Origin: Eledone cirrhosa
Lineage: Eukaryota
Reading direction: 5' to 3'
DNA: 64,000 nt
Assembly (NCBI GenBank): GCA_964016885.1
Contig: OZ024742.1
Coordinates: forward strand, 57,846,001 to 57,910,000
A program made the translations under genes and the position numbers. Every line of letters begins with the position of its first letter. Position 1 is the stretch's first letter. Below are positions 40,640 to 61,700 of the stretch, in pieces. Below the pieces are notes generated by a model. The model made no database searches and was not told the origin of the DNA. It saw only the letters and a list, made by a program, of their open reading frames with translations.

Positions 40640-40889
40640 AAAGTATATATTGAGTTAGGAACTCAAAATAGTCTCTTACAATAAAATAGCTCTAAGAAAG
40701 AGATTTTTCCGAGCCGTATATTTAATTGAATATAAAAGAAAAACGAACACAGATACATGTGTTCAAATCGTAAGGGACCAGATTCGCTAAGGTGAAAAGA
40801 ATACTAACTATAGACAATAGGGTTTGCCTGTCTCAATTTAAGAAAAAAATCAAGAAAATAAATACAAACCAGAATTGTGGTAACTACCA

Positions 40890-40971
40890 ATCACCCAGAC
40901 AGCTTGGTGCTGTTTCGCAATACTAATTAATTGTGAATAGAAATACCAATTCTTGCTCATCAGTGGGTGAC
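40890..40971 (-). ncRNA. Type I hammerhead ribozyme (inverted copy of 41253)
   Basis: Reverse complement of 41253-41334, with a terminal G-U pair in stem I. Confidence 0.88.
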
Positions 40972-41252
40972 AAATTAGTATCCTAGACACTTCTAAGTAT
41001 ATTAAAAAACTGAATAGTGTGCTATATATAGTAACGCACATGTAAGAGACTATTTTGAGTTCCTAACTCAATATATACCTTTGATATATTCGGCTCCGTT
41101 AATTTGTTGAGCTATTTCAAATGTCGAATAAACCTGGCTGCTATTTTTAGTGGTGTAAGTTTTTGAGACACGCTAAGATACCATGTGCATTATTATATAT
41201 AGCACACTATTCAGTTACTTCATATACTTAGAAGTGTCTAAGATACTAATTT

Positions 41253-41334
41253 GTCACCCACTGATGAGCAAGAATTGGTATTTCTATTCACAATTAATTA
41301 GTATTGCGAAACAGCACCAAGCTGTCTGGGTGAC
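41253..41334 (+). ncRNA. Canonical type I hammerhead ribozyme
   Basis: Stem I gtcaccca/tgggtgac (8 bp); CUGAUGA; stem II gcaa...ttgc; GAAA; stem III cagc-accaa-gctg; GUC site after 41326. Confidence 0.92.
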
Positions 41335-41485
41335 TGGTAGTTACCACAATTCCGGTTTGTATTTATTTTCTTAATTTTTTCTTAAATTGAGACAGGCAAA
41401 CCCTCTTGCGATTTGAACACATATATGTATATATCTGTGTTTGTTTTTCTTTTATATTCAATTATAATTATATATATATATATGC

Positions 41486-42350
41486 ATAGTAGAAGAGAAG
41501 ATAGGACCCTGATTCCTTCAGGGAAATGGCCCTGCTCAATATGTAGAAAGGGAGTTGGCATAAACTCTATATGATGTACACAATGTAAATCTTGGGTACA
41601 CAAGAGATGTAGTGGGATAACAAGTAAGCTAACAGGAAGTTAAGACTTTGATTGTAGAGGATACACAAGGGGTAACTGAGGGGAAGATAACCAGTGATGT
41701 AAGCCTATTCCAGTGACATGAAGGACCCATAGAAATGGTTTATAGTTTCTACTTTCTAGGCAACGTAATTAGCAATGAAGGAGGGTGCTCTGAGAGCATA
41801 ATAGCTAGAAGAAGGATAGGATGGAAAAAGTTGAGAGAGCTACTCTCACTGTTAAGCCCAAGATGTTTCTCCTTACATACAAAAGGACGACTGTATGATG
41901 CCTGTGCAAAGTCCATGTTGCATAATAGTGAAACATGAGCTGTGACTGCAGAGGACATGCATAAACTGGAGAGAAATAAAGCAACCATGCTCCATTGGAT
42001 GTGCAATGTAAGTGTGAGAGAGAAGGCAGAGCTTTGGCGAGTTGAAAGAGAAGCTGGGTTTAAAAGGAATTTGAGGTGGTGTGCAGGAAAGACGACTGCA
42101 TTGGTTTTGACATGTGATGCGCATCGATAATGATCATTGGTTGAAGAAGTTCTAGGAAATGCCAGTGGAAGGAAGTCACAGTAGAGGTAGACCAAGAAAA
42201 ACCTAGACAGAGGTTGTGAGAGTTGACTTCAAATCACTGAGGAGATGACAAAGGATCGCAATGTGTGGAGAGATGCCATGCTGAGAAGGAACCGTCCAAC
42301 CCATGCAAGCATGGAGAAGCAGATGTAAAAACAATAATGATGATAATGAT
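41486..42350 (+). mobile_element. RTE LINE 3' fragment
   Basis: GKWPCSIC region, GRLYDAC, tail catgcaagcatggagaagcagatgtaaaa. Confidence 0.8.
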
Positions 42351-42369
42351 GGCATATATATATTATAAA

Positions 42370-44120
42370 TTGGTTCTTTAGCAGAATGTTGAGATGTTTC
42401 TTGAAAACATCTACATGTACACCATGTAGATCTCCCAGATGTCTTGGAAGCTTATTAAAGAGCTGGGGGGGGGGGGGGGGGGGGGCTTTGAACTCCAGGC
42501 TATTGTAATATCCAGTCTTTATTCTTGATATGGAGGATGGGTCCTTTGGCACTACACATTGGTGTCTTGTCTGTAGTTTGGTGCAACCCTCAATGCCAAA
42601 ATTTGGTGCTAGCCCTTCCAGGATCTTCCATATGTATATCATTGCCTATCTCTCCTGTCTTTACTCCAGAGAGTAGGGCTTTAGTTATTTCAGCCTCTCC
42701 CAGTAGCTCATCACTTTTGGTTAGGTAATCCTCTTGGTGTAGCTTTGTTGGATTACTTCAAGCTCTGTGGTTAGTTTGATATATGGAGCGACCACAGCTT
42801 AGAGCAATAGTCCAGTCAGCTGAGTACAAAAATCCTTCAGAGGACCAACTTAGTTTCTCGGTCTCTTGTCGTGAAAGTCCTCAGAAACCACCTACCAGTT
42901 GTTTGCACATTGCCTTTATTTTGGTGATGTGTGCATGAAATGTATCATTGCTCATGTCAATACCCAGGTCCCATATTGATTTCAACTTGGGGATTTCAAT
43001 TCTTTTAGGTCCAGTGTAGCTATGTTGTAGTGGCCTTGTGTTTGTAAGTTGATAGTAGAGGGCTTGAAATTTTCTGGCATTAAACTGCATATTGTTGACC
43101 TTAGCCCATTTGTATATGGCATTGAAATTGTGTTGTTTCTTTATTGCCTGTGCTACTTTTGTGTCATTAGCATAACTAGTAAGGGAGGCTGTTTATTACA
43201 GAAGACATGTCTGAGAGAGCCCCTACAAACAGTTAAGGTCCCAAGATGGTTCCCTGGGGCATGCCACTTGTTATTGATGTTTCCTTTGAGAGGGCCTCGT
43301 TGGCTGCAACAGGCTGGCTTCTGTCTTTTAAAAAGTCATGAAGCCATTCACCAAATTTTCCAAGTAGGCCAGAGCTATGTAGTTTGTGACATATTCCATT
43401 ATCAACCTTGTTAAAGGCCTTCGCAAAGTCAAGACCACATTGATGTTTGAATGGTTTAGCAGCTGTTTCAATATCCAGTCATAATGCTGCAAGAGCTACG
43501 TAAGGCAACTTCTACCTGGGTGAAAGTCTTGCTGGTTGACAGTTAGAAGACCATTTTCCTCTAGAAAAATGATGTTTTCTTTTCACAATTCATTCAATGA
43601 CTTTGCTGATACATGAGGTCAGGGAGACAGGCCTATAGTTTTTAGCATCTGCTCTGTTTCCTCCTTTATGAATAGATAGGACATATTTTGCCTTCTTTTA
43701 GCTTTCTGGATAGTTTACCACTTGCAAGGGAGCTTTGAAAGAGGATTTGCAGTGGTTTTGCTAAGGTTCGTTTGCATGTTTCTAGGAGGATTGCCGGGAA
43801 TCTATCAGGGCCAACTGCTGAATTTGGACTTATTTCATCTATGGCTGATATTACATCTTCCTCCTTTATTTCTATACAGTTGGTGGTTACCATTTTTCTG
43901 TGTAATACAGTGGTGTTAAAGAACTCATTGGCTTTATTTATTTGCTTGTGTCTCATTGGAGGTGTGAAAATACTTTTATATTGTTCATTGAGTACTTCAC
44001 TTATTCCTTGGGGTCTGAAGTCAGTGAGCTACCTGTAGTGTATTGAGGCAGTCTCTTTTGCAAATTCAAAGAAAGCCTTAGGGTTCGTTTTTATGTTTTC
44101 TATAGCCTTGGCTTCTCTTC
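42370..44120 (-). mobile_element. CR1-group LINE fragment (second family)
   Basis: SAVGPDRFPAILL, MQFNARKF, DLGIDM, IYIWKILEG. Confidence 0.75.
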
Positions 44121-45850
44121 TTTTGTCGTGACACTTACATGACCACTTTATAGTGTGGATTGGGCGCTTTTTGTCATCTCATCAACACGACCACTTTATA
44201 GAGTGAACTAGCCGCTTTTTGTCACGACACCAAAACAACCACTTTACAGTGTTGACAGAGTCTGGGTTGGGAGAGGTGTGTGGGGATTGGAGAGGAAGAT
44301 CTAGGGTGGAGGGTTAGGGCATGGATGTAGGCTTAGGATGGGGTATATGAAAGGGGGAGAGTGGGAAAGGTGGTGCATACTAGATGTATTCTTCAACCCA
44401 TGCACATGGGAAGGCGGGTCTTCTGTATTACGGCATAACGCCAGAGATCTCGATCCTGTGTCGTCACCTTTGAGAGGAACAATTGAACAAAGTCAGCTTT
44501 TATCACCTCATCCCAAGCCGTCTTAGTCCATAGCTTCGATCAACTTCGAGCACCCTGCACCTTTTTATACAGCTGTCATCCTTTATACGCATCACAAACC
44601 TATACCAATACTATCTCCTCTCCTGCACACTGCATTTGACCCCTCTTATGACCAATTTCTCTCTCAGTTCATTTATGCTTTGCTGTTCATGTATATTACA
44701 ATTACCCATCCAAAGGAGAATGTAAGCTTCATTTCTTTCCAATATACATAGGTCCTCCACACACAGTGCCCATGTCTCACTGCCATGCAGCAATGTAGTT
44801 TGTATACACACCTTATACAATCCGCCCTACATTTTAAAGGAAAAGCCTTTTGTAGCTAGCAGTAGTAGTAGCTCTCTGAACTTTTGCCATCCTGTTCTCA
44901 TTCTGGCTATGGTACTTTTGGAACACCCACCTCCACTGCTAATTTGGTCACCCAGGTAACAGAAACTGTCAACTGCTTCTGTGGTACTCTCTAAGAATTT
45001 AATAGAGCTTGTTTCCTGTGAGCATTTTCTGCTTACTGCTCCTGTGCCATGTAAAACCTACATTTTTTACTAGCCTACCAGAGATCCTGTTACATCTCTT
45101 GTGTACTCATAGTTTGCATTTGGGACAGCGGATGGAATTTCTACCCATGCCTTTCCTACACACTGAGAAGGGCCATTTCCCAGAGGGGATCAGGGCCTTG
45201 TTTTCCTTATTACTTATTAGAACTTTGATCTTTGCCAAGTTGACTTTAAGGTTCCAGATCAGGAATTTTTTCACTAGTTCTGCCATAGATTCAGCTATGT
45301 GAGTTAGATCATCAGCATACAGGAGGTCCTAAGTGTATCCTGTTTTAAACTCTTCTGTTATAGACTGGAGTACAATAATAAACAGTAGAGGGCTAAGGAC
45401 CCTAACTTGAATGCTAAACTCCTCACTATAGTCATTATTAATTTTAACCTTGCTGACTGCATGTCTGTACATGGCTTATACTGCCCTCACAAGGCACTCG
45501 TCCATCCCTATTTTGCTAAGTGAACACCAAATTACAGAAGTGGGGACCATGTCAAATGCCAAGTTGAGGGGTTTATTTTTTCCTAGGAACATCTCCTGCA
45601 GTTGCCTCACAAGGAAAAGATCATCTGTGATACTTTTACCTGGCACAAATCCGAACTGTATCTCATCTAGGTTAATTTGATCCCTAATCAGTTGTACAAT
45701 GACTCTTTCTGTAGCTTACATCACCTGGTCCATCAATTTGATGTCTCCGTAGTTTCCTCTGTCTAGGGAATCACATTTGTCCTTGTAGTAATCAATGGTA
45801 CTGCTACTGTGCCAGTCATTGTATATGGCACCATTTTGCATTACTTGATT
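44120..45850 (-). mobile_element. Decayed RTE LINE (RT + 3' UTR)
   Basis: DRGNY..IKLMDQVM, LHGSETWAL. Confidence 0.85.
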
Positions 45851-45914
45851 TATGTACACACGCACACAATGAAGCATTCCAACAAAATATTTGCAGTATA
45901 TTTTTCTATTAACC

Positions 45915-45954
<40 letters not shown>

Positions 45955-46339
45955 TTACATGTATCGCTTGACCAGGATTGAACCCAAGGCCAGAATCTGC
46001 ACCATCTCTAGTACTTACCGCAAGGCTACATATATATATATGTAACATACCATATTAAAAATAAAAGTATGGGCTGGGGTCCTCAAACAAGTCTTGTTCC
46101 AACCTATATAAACATAAAAAAGTAATAATTGTTTCTACGTTAGGCACAAGGCCAGCAATTACCAGTGCATTACTGGTACTTTATTTTATCGACCCCGTAA
46201 GGATGAAAGGCAAAGTTAACCTCGGCGGGATTTGAACTCAGAATGGCAAGGGCCGTAACTCTATATGTCAAATCATGGCGTCCGACCCTCTCCCAATACT
46301 GCCAATAAAAAAGTAATAATAAAAAAAAAAATGAAGGTG

Positions 46340-49090
46340 ATCATCATCTTTATCATCATCACCGTTTTATGTCCGTTCTTCCATGCTAGCATGGGTTAGA
46401 CGGGTTGTCCTCTTGTGGGCAGTGTCCAGTTGGCTGACCTTGTCTTGCTCATACAGGAACTGATTCTGGCTTGATTTCTACAGCTGGATGCCCTTCCTAA
46501 CACCAACCTCATTTACAGTGAGTGCTGGGTGCTTTTTTCCCGTAGCGCCTACACATCCACTCGTGTGGGCTGGGTGCTTTTTTGTCGTGGCACCTCCACG
46601 ACCACTTTGCAGTGGGAGGGGGTGGGGGCATATTGTCTATATGCTTCAGCTTTGTCTTGTTCCTGTGGGAAGTAGGGTCTTCTGTATTACTGCGTGACGC
46701 CAGAGGTCACGGTCGTGTGTCATCACCCTTGAAAGGTGCAATGGGGTAAGGTTGGCTTTTATCACCTCATCCCAGGTCTTCTTGGGTCTCCCCACTCTGC
46801 GGCTTCCATCGACTTCTAGTACTCTTTTATGCAGCTGTCATCCTTCATACGCATCACATGTCCATACCAACGTAACCTCCTCTCCTGCACACAGCATTTG
46901 ATTCCTCTTATGCTCAGTCTCTCTCTCAGTTCGTTTATGCTTTGCCGTTCGCTTACACATCCATTGGAGCATGCAAGCTTTGTTTCTTTCTAATATGCGC
47001 AAGTCTTCTACAGACAGCGCCCAGGTCTCACTACCATGTAGCATTGCTGTTCATATACACGGATCATACAGTCTGCCTTTCATAGCTAGCAGTGGCAGTA
47101 GCTCCCCGAACTTCTTCCATCCCGTTCTTACCCTAGTTATTGTACTTTCCGAACACCCACTTCCGCTGCTAATTTGATCACCTAAGTAGCAGAAGCTGTC
47201 TACTGTTTCTACAGAGCCCTCCCAGAGTTTGGTGGTGCTTGTTTCCTGTGGCCGTTTGCTGCTTGCTGTCCCAGCGTAGCTGCTACATATGAAGCCAACA
47301 TTCTTAGTTAAGCTTCCTGAGATCCCACTACATCTCTTGTGTACTCATTGTTTGTATTTGGGGCAGAGAATGGAGTTCCTACCTACACCTTTCCTGCATA
47401 CTGAGCAAGGCCATTTCCCTGAGGGGATCTGGGTTCTGTTTTCTCGTCTACTTACAAGAACCTTAGTCTTTGTCAGGTTGACTTTGAGACCCTTTCTTTC
47501 TAGTCCCTGCTACCATGTTTGGAATTTCTTTTCTAGTTCCACCATAGATTCAGCTATAAGTGTGAGATCATCCACATATAGGAGTTACCATGGGCATCCG
47601 GTCTTAAACTCCTCCGTTATTGCCTGCAAAACTATAATGAACAGGAGAGGGCAAAAAACAGAGCCCTGGTGGACACCGACCTGTATGCTAAATTCCTCGC
47701 TATAGTCATTGCTAACCCTAACTTTGCTGACTGTTCCTCTATACATGGCTTGTACAGCTTTCACAAGACATTCATATACTCCTAATTTTCTAAGAGCCCA
47801 CCAGATTATAGCACAGGGGACTCTATCGAAGGCTTTTTCCAGATCGACGAATACCAGGTAGAGCGGCTTACTTTTAGCTAGGTACTTTTCCTGTAACTGT
47901 CTCACAAGGAAGAGGGCATCAGTTGTGCCTTTTCCTGGTACAAACCCAAATTGGATCTCACCTAGTTTTACACAGTCCCTAATCAACTGTGCTATAACTC
48001 TATCCGTTACTTTCATGATCTGGTCCATCAGCTTTATACCTCTATAGTTTCCTCTATCTAGTGCATCACCTTTACTTTTGTAGCAGTTGACAATGATGCT
48101 GCTGCACCAATCCTTTAGTATGATACCCTCTAGTATTACCTGGTTAACAGCTATACCCGATGGACCAGTTGCCTTCCCCGTCTTCATATCTTTGATTGCC
48201 TTACTTACAACGCTGCTGCTGACTTGTACTATAGGGTCCGCTTAGTTATATTGGGAGGTACATTCCTCACCAGGGAAGGCTTGTGTGCTTACAACCATCC
48301 ATCTATCACGCCCTCTGATGAGGATAAAATCTATCTGACTAGAATGCTCCCCTGATCTATAGGTGATCAGATGGTTGTCGGGTTTTTGAAGTTTGTGTTA
48401 CATATTGACATGTCATGGGTGTCGCAGGATTCCAAAAGCCTGAAGCCTTCTTCATTCCTTGTGCCAAACCTGTGGCCGCCATGGACTCTATAGAAGCTGT
48501 CACAGTGTTTACCAATGTCTCCGTTAAAATCTCATGCAATGATTAGGAAGTCATTATCGTTTGTTAGGGCAGTAGTGTGCATTAGGGACTCGTAAAACCT
48601 ATCTTTAAGTTCGTCTGGCAACCCCAATTGGGGTGCGTAAGGTGATACTATTGTGGCAATTGTTTTATTCAGGACTAATCTGAGTTTAATGATTCCTGCA
48701 TTCACCCTGTTCACTGAGATTACCTTATCTACCCATTTGTCAGCTAGTAGTATACCTACACCACCCATCCCATTGTCATTTCCCACCCAGAAAAATTTGT
48801 AGCAATGACTTTTGCATACGAGGACTCTAGCGGACTCTCCTCTCCATCTAGTTTCTTGCACATGGCATACATCAATTTCCTTTCACTCTAGCATCTCTAC
48901 AATTTCTCCTGCTCTTCCTTTCATTGTGCTTACATTGATGGTTCCAACTCAGAGTTTTGGACATTTGCCATCACTCGTAGAATGGGGTGAATGTTTGCAG
49001 GTGGGAGTGGGGGTGGGGGTGTATGCTTCCTGTCTCTGGATTAAAGCTTTGCATGGGTGTTTGGTAGCTCGCGGATTCATATTCATTTAT
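46340..49090 (-). mobile_element. RTE LINE with EN and RT, internally deleted
   Basis: QETRWRG, YAPQ, RT motifs; EN joined almost directly to RT near 48240; (gat)n tail at about 46350. Confidence 0.9.
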
Positions 49091-50032
49091 TAATTTGGGG
49101 TTGTTCCATTTATCCTCAGCTCATCCATAGTTATCAGTAAAGGAATTATTATTATTTAGTGCAGGGCTAGAAAGACAGTAGTAGTAATGGCAGAGTTTGT
49201 TGGGGTTGGTAAGGGCAACAATAAAAATAAATGATGTGAACAGGACATTTTGAAATTGAGGAAGGCAGATACTCGCAAGTGAGGAGAAATAATATCTATG
49301 AATGACTGGGGACAGGCTGAAAGTATTTAGGAATCCATGTAGCTTTCAGAAATCAGAAATCTGTCTGTCTAGCTTCGTACCACCGGAATGAATGAGAGAG
49401 AGAGAGAGAACGGGATGTGATGGGTTAAGGGAGAACCCTAATAACCTGTGGGGTGTAATTCGAAAAATTGATAATAACAACAATAAAAATAAACGATGTG
49501 AGCAGGACATTTTGAAATTGAGGAAGGCAGATACCTGCAAGCGAATAATTGTTTATAGTATTGGCACAAGGCCAGCAATTATCCCAGTGCATTACTGGTG
49601 CTTTATTTTATCGACCCCGTAAGGATGAAAGGAAAACTTAACCTTGGCGGGATTTGAACTCAGAAAGTAAAGGACTGCAACTTTATGATGCAAAGCATGG
49701 CATCCAACCCTCTCCCAATACTGCCAATCCACTGCCCCTTATTATTATTATTATTATTATCATCCACAAAGATAATAATAATTAATAATAACTACTCGAA
49801 AAATAAGGGGTGTTATCTCATTTCAGTAGTAGTGAACAACTAACACTGTAATACATCTCCAGCATTAGAAGTTGAGTGAAGAAACAATAACAACAACAAT
49901 AAAGGATTTGGTTTTGTTCCAGCAAGGATTCCATAATTGAACAAGAAATCATTGCTGTAATTTTATTTTACAAAATTTATACAGTTGTCACAAAGAAGAA
50001 AAAAACAAACAAAAACACACTGGAGTAATGAT

Positions 50033-50328
50033 CGTTTCTACATTTAGTAAAAGGCAAGTAATTTGAAGGGAAGCGGAAAGTCAATTAAATCAACCCCAGT
50101 GTGTTACCGGTACTTTATTTTATCAACTCAGATAAGGAAGAAAGGCAAAGCTAACCTTGGTGGGATTTGAACTTAGTTCTGAGTTGAAATCTCATTGAAG
50201 TTAGCTTTACCTTTTATCCTAATAGGGTGGATAAAATAAAGTACCATTGATCACTGGCATTGATTTAATCGACTTTCCCCTTCCCTTCAAGTTGCTGACC
50301 TCATGCGAAAAGTAGAAACAATAATAAT
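50033..50328. mobile_element. Head-to-head inverted pair of Nin/Deu-like SINEs
   Basis: Left copy minus, right copy plus, joined at their B-boxes near 50175. Confidence 0.75.
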
Positions 50329-50718
50329 AGTTTGCTCAGAAACTGAGATTTAAATTTCAAATTTCATATTTTTCATTTATTATATATTGCCTATTGGTTG
50401 ATTTTTTTTTTTTGCTCCGTTTTTAGTTTACTTTAAAATTTTGGTAAATTCTCTAAGTAATTTATTCACAATTTCGAAGGCAAAAGACAGTTTGAAACAT
50501 AATATAGAAGAAACAGATGAAGCTTGGATATATACATACACATATATATATATACATAGATATTAATATATAAACATATACATATATACATACATATACA
50601 TACATATACACATATACATGCATATATATATATATACAGATATTCATATATAAACATATACATATATACATACATATACATACATATATATGAGACTGGA
50701 TACTTAGATGAGAATAGT

Positions 50719-50798
50719 CTTCCCTGACGACGGAATGTTTCTCCATGTCTTCTTCGGAAAATATATTTACTCCATTCCAGAAACTAATTAGTTGGAAG
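50719..50798 (+). ncRNA. Type I hammerhead ribozyme motif with long stem II loop
   Basis: Stem I cttcc/ggaag; CUGACGA; stem II ggaatg...cattcc; GAAA; palindromic stem III ACUAAUUAGU; GUU. Confidence 0.8.
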
Positions 50799-50968
50799 TG
50801 ATATTTTAGTAAGTAAGTTAATTTTAAAATTTTCTTATTTTACGTCTCTCATATTATTGTTCTGCAACCCCATGCATTGAACCACAATGTTACTAAGACA
50901 AAAGCTATATATTTGCTAGCATTGATATGCATCTGTATGTATATATATGTTACTAGATATTAATTCTT

Positions 50969-58749
<7,781 letters not shown>

Positions 58750-58750
<1 letters not shown>

Positions 58751-61700
58751 ATAGAAATCTGGGACTTGTCTCTTTCTTCTCACTTTCTGTTGCTTAAACC
58801 ATTTTGTTTGTTCACCCTAACGTTCTCTTTATTTACGTGTCCCAACGACTTTTTTTTAGCCGTTGTTCGCACCAACCTGAGGTATATGGCCCTTAAAGCG
58901 ATGAAATGCCTAGGACGGTTGGAGGGTCACTGATGAAGGACTCACTTTTTCATATGTAACCCATTTGCAACGCCGCAGCTCCATTATTATCATATTTACA
59001 CATATATTTTTTCCTCTGCTGCCACCCGTCTGTATCGTTCTTTGTATCTTTACCCTTTCTAGCAGTCTCTCTCTCTGTTAGCCTCTTCCTCAACTTTCAC
59101 TCACTCATACCCTGTCACTAGCTCTCCTCCTCTCCTCTTTCTTCCCGCTTGACCTATCCGATTTCTTTTCTCGCGCGCTCTTGGCCAAGCCGGTATGAAT
59201 TTTTTTTCTCTCTCTCTCTCTCGTCTGCGACTTCACAGAACTTATGCTTACCGAATTCGCAGACCAGACCCCTTCTTCTTCCCCCCGTTAGACCTGTGCG
59301 AAATTCCTTCCTTGCTCACATTTCAACCAGGTTTGATGGTCTTTATTCTCTAGTTCACGATTTTTTCGAGTTTATATTCATAGAAATCTGGGACTTGTCT
59401 CTTTCTTCTCACTTTCTGTTGCTTAAACCATTTTGTTTGTTCACCCTAACGTTCTCTTCATTTACGTGTCCCAACGACTTTTTTAGCCGTTGTTCGCACC
59501 AACCTGAGGTATATGGCCCTTAAAGCGATGAAATGCCTAGGACGGTTGGAGGGTCACTGATGAAGGACTCACTTTTTCATATGTAACCCATTTGCAACGC
59601 CGCAGCTCCATTATTATCATATTTACACATATATTTTTTCCTCTGCTGCCACCCGTCTGTTTCGTTCTTTGTATCTTTACCCTTTCTAGCAGTCTCTCTC
59701 TCTGTTAGCCTCTTCCTCAACTTTCACTCACTCATACCCTGTCACTAGCTCTCCTCCTCTCCTCTTTCTTCCCGCTTGACCTGTCCGATTTCTTTTCTCG
59801 CGCGCTCTTGGCCAAGCCGGTATGAATTTTTTTTCTCTCTCTCTCTCGTCTGCGACTTCACAGAACTTATGTTTACCGAATTCGCAGACCAGACCCCTTC
59901 TTCTTCCCCACGTTAGACCTGTGCGAAATTCCTTCCTTGCTCACATTTCAACCAGGTTTGATGGTCTTTATTCTCTAGTTCACGATTTTATCGAGTTTAT
60001 ATTCATAGAAATCTGGGACTTGTCTCTTTCTTCTCACTTTCTGTTGCTTAAACCATTTTGTTTGTTCACCCTAATGTTCTCTTTATTTACGTGTCCCAAC
60101 AACTTTTTTAGCCGTTGTTCGCACCAACCTGAGGTATATGGCCCTTAAAGCGATGAAATGCCTAGGACGGTTGGAGGGTCACTGATGAAGGACTCACTTT
60201 TTCATATGTAACCCATTTGCAACGCCGCAGCTCCATTATTATCATATTTACACATATATTTTTTCCTCTGCTGCCACCCGTCTGTTTCGTTCTTTGTATC
60301 TTTACTCTTTCTAGCAGTCTCTCTCTCTGTTAGCCTCTTCCTCAACTTTCACTCACTCATACCCTGTCACTACCTCTCCTCCTCTCCTCTTTCTTCCCGC
60401 TTGACCTGTCCGATTTCTTTTCTCGCGCGCTCTTGACCAAGCCGGTATGAATTTTTTTTCTCTCTCTCTCTCGTCTGCGACTTCACAGAACTTATGTTTA
60501 CCGAATTCGCAGACCAGACCCCTTCTTCTTCCCCCCGTTAGACCTGTGCGAAATTCCTTCCTTGCTCACATTTCAACCAGGTTTGATGGTCTTTATTCTC
60601 TAGTTCACGATTTTATCGAGTTTATATTCATAGAAATCTGGAACGTGTCTCTTTCTTCTCACTTTCTGTTGCTTAAACCATTTTGTTTGTTCACCCTAAC
60701 GTTCTCTTTATTTACGTGTCCCAACGACTTTTTTAGCCGTTGTTCGCACCAACCTGAGGTATATGGCCCTTAAAGCGATGAAATGCCTAGGACGGTTGGA
60801 GGGTCACTGATGAAGGACTCACTTTTTCATATGTAACCCATTTGCAACGCCGCCTCTCCATTATCATCATATTTACACATATATTTTTTCCTCTGCTGCC
60901 ACCCGTCTGTTTCGTTCTTTGTATCTTTACCCTTTCTAGCAGTCTCTCTCTCTGTTAGCCTCTTCCTCAACTTTCACTCACTCATACCCTGTCACTAGCT
61001 CTCCTCCTCTCCTCTTTCTTCCCGCTTGACCTATCCGATTTCTTTTCTCGCGCGCTCTTGGCCAAGCCGGTATGAATTTTTTTTCTCTCTCTCTCTCTCG
61101 TCTGCGACTTCACAGAACTTATGCTTACCGAATTCGCAGACCAGACCCCTTCTTCTTCCCCCCGTTAGACCTGTGCGAAATTCCTTCCTTGCTCACATTT
61201 CAACCAGGTTTGATGGTCTTTATTCTCTAGTTCACGATTTTATCGAGTTTATATTCATAGAAATCTGGGACTTGTCTCTTTCTTCTCACTTTCTGTTGCT
61301 TAAACCATTTTGTTTGTTCACCCTAACGTTCTCTTTATTTACGTGTCCCAACGACTTTTTTTAGTCGTTGTTCGCACCAACCTGAGGTATATGGCCCTTA
61401 AAGCGATGAAATGCCTAGGACGGTTGGAGGGTCAGTGATGAAGGACTCACTTTTTCATATGTAACCCATTTGCAACGCCGCAGCTCCATTATTATCATAT
61501 TTACACATATATTTTTTCTTCTGCTGCCACCCGTCTGTTTCGTTCTTTGTATCTTTACCCTTTCTAGCAGTTTCTCCCTCTGTTAGCCTCTTCCTCAACT
61601 TTCACTCACTCATACCCTGTCACTAGCTCTCCTCCTCTCCTCTTTCTTCCCGCTTGACCTGTCCGATTTCTTTTCTCGCGCGCTCTTGGCCAAGCCGGTA

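Noticed and set aside
58900-58945. gatgaaa...ctgatgaagg in the 626-bp unit as a hammerhead
   Set aside because: No GAAA at a suitable distance after CUGAUGA, and the type II arrangement does not pair
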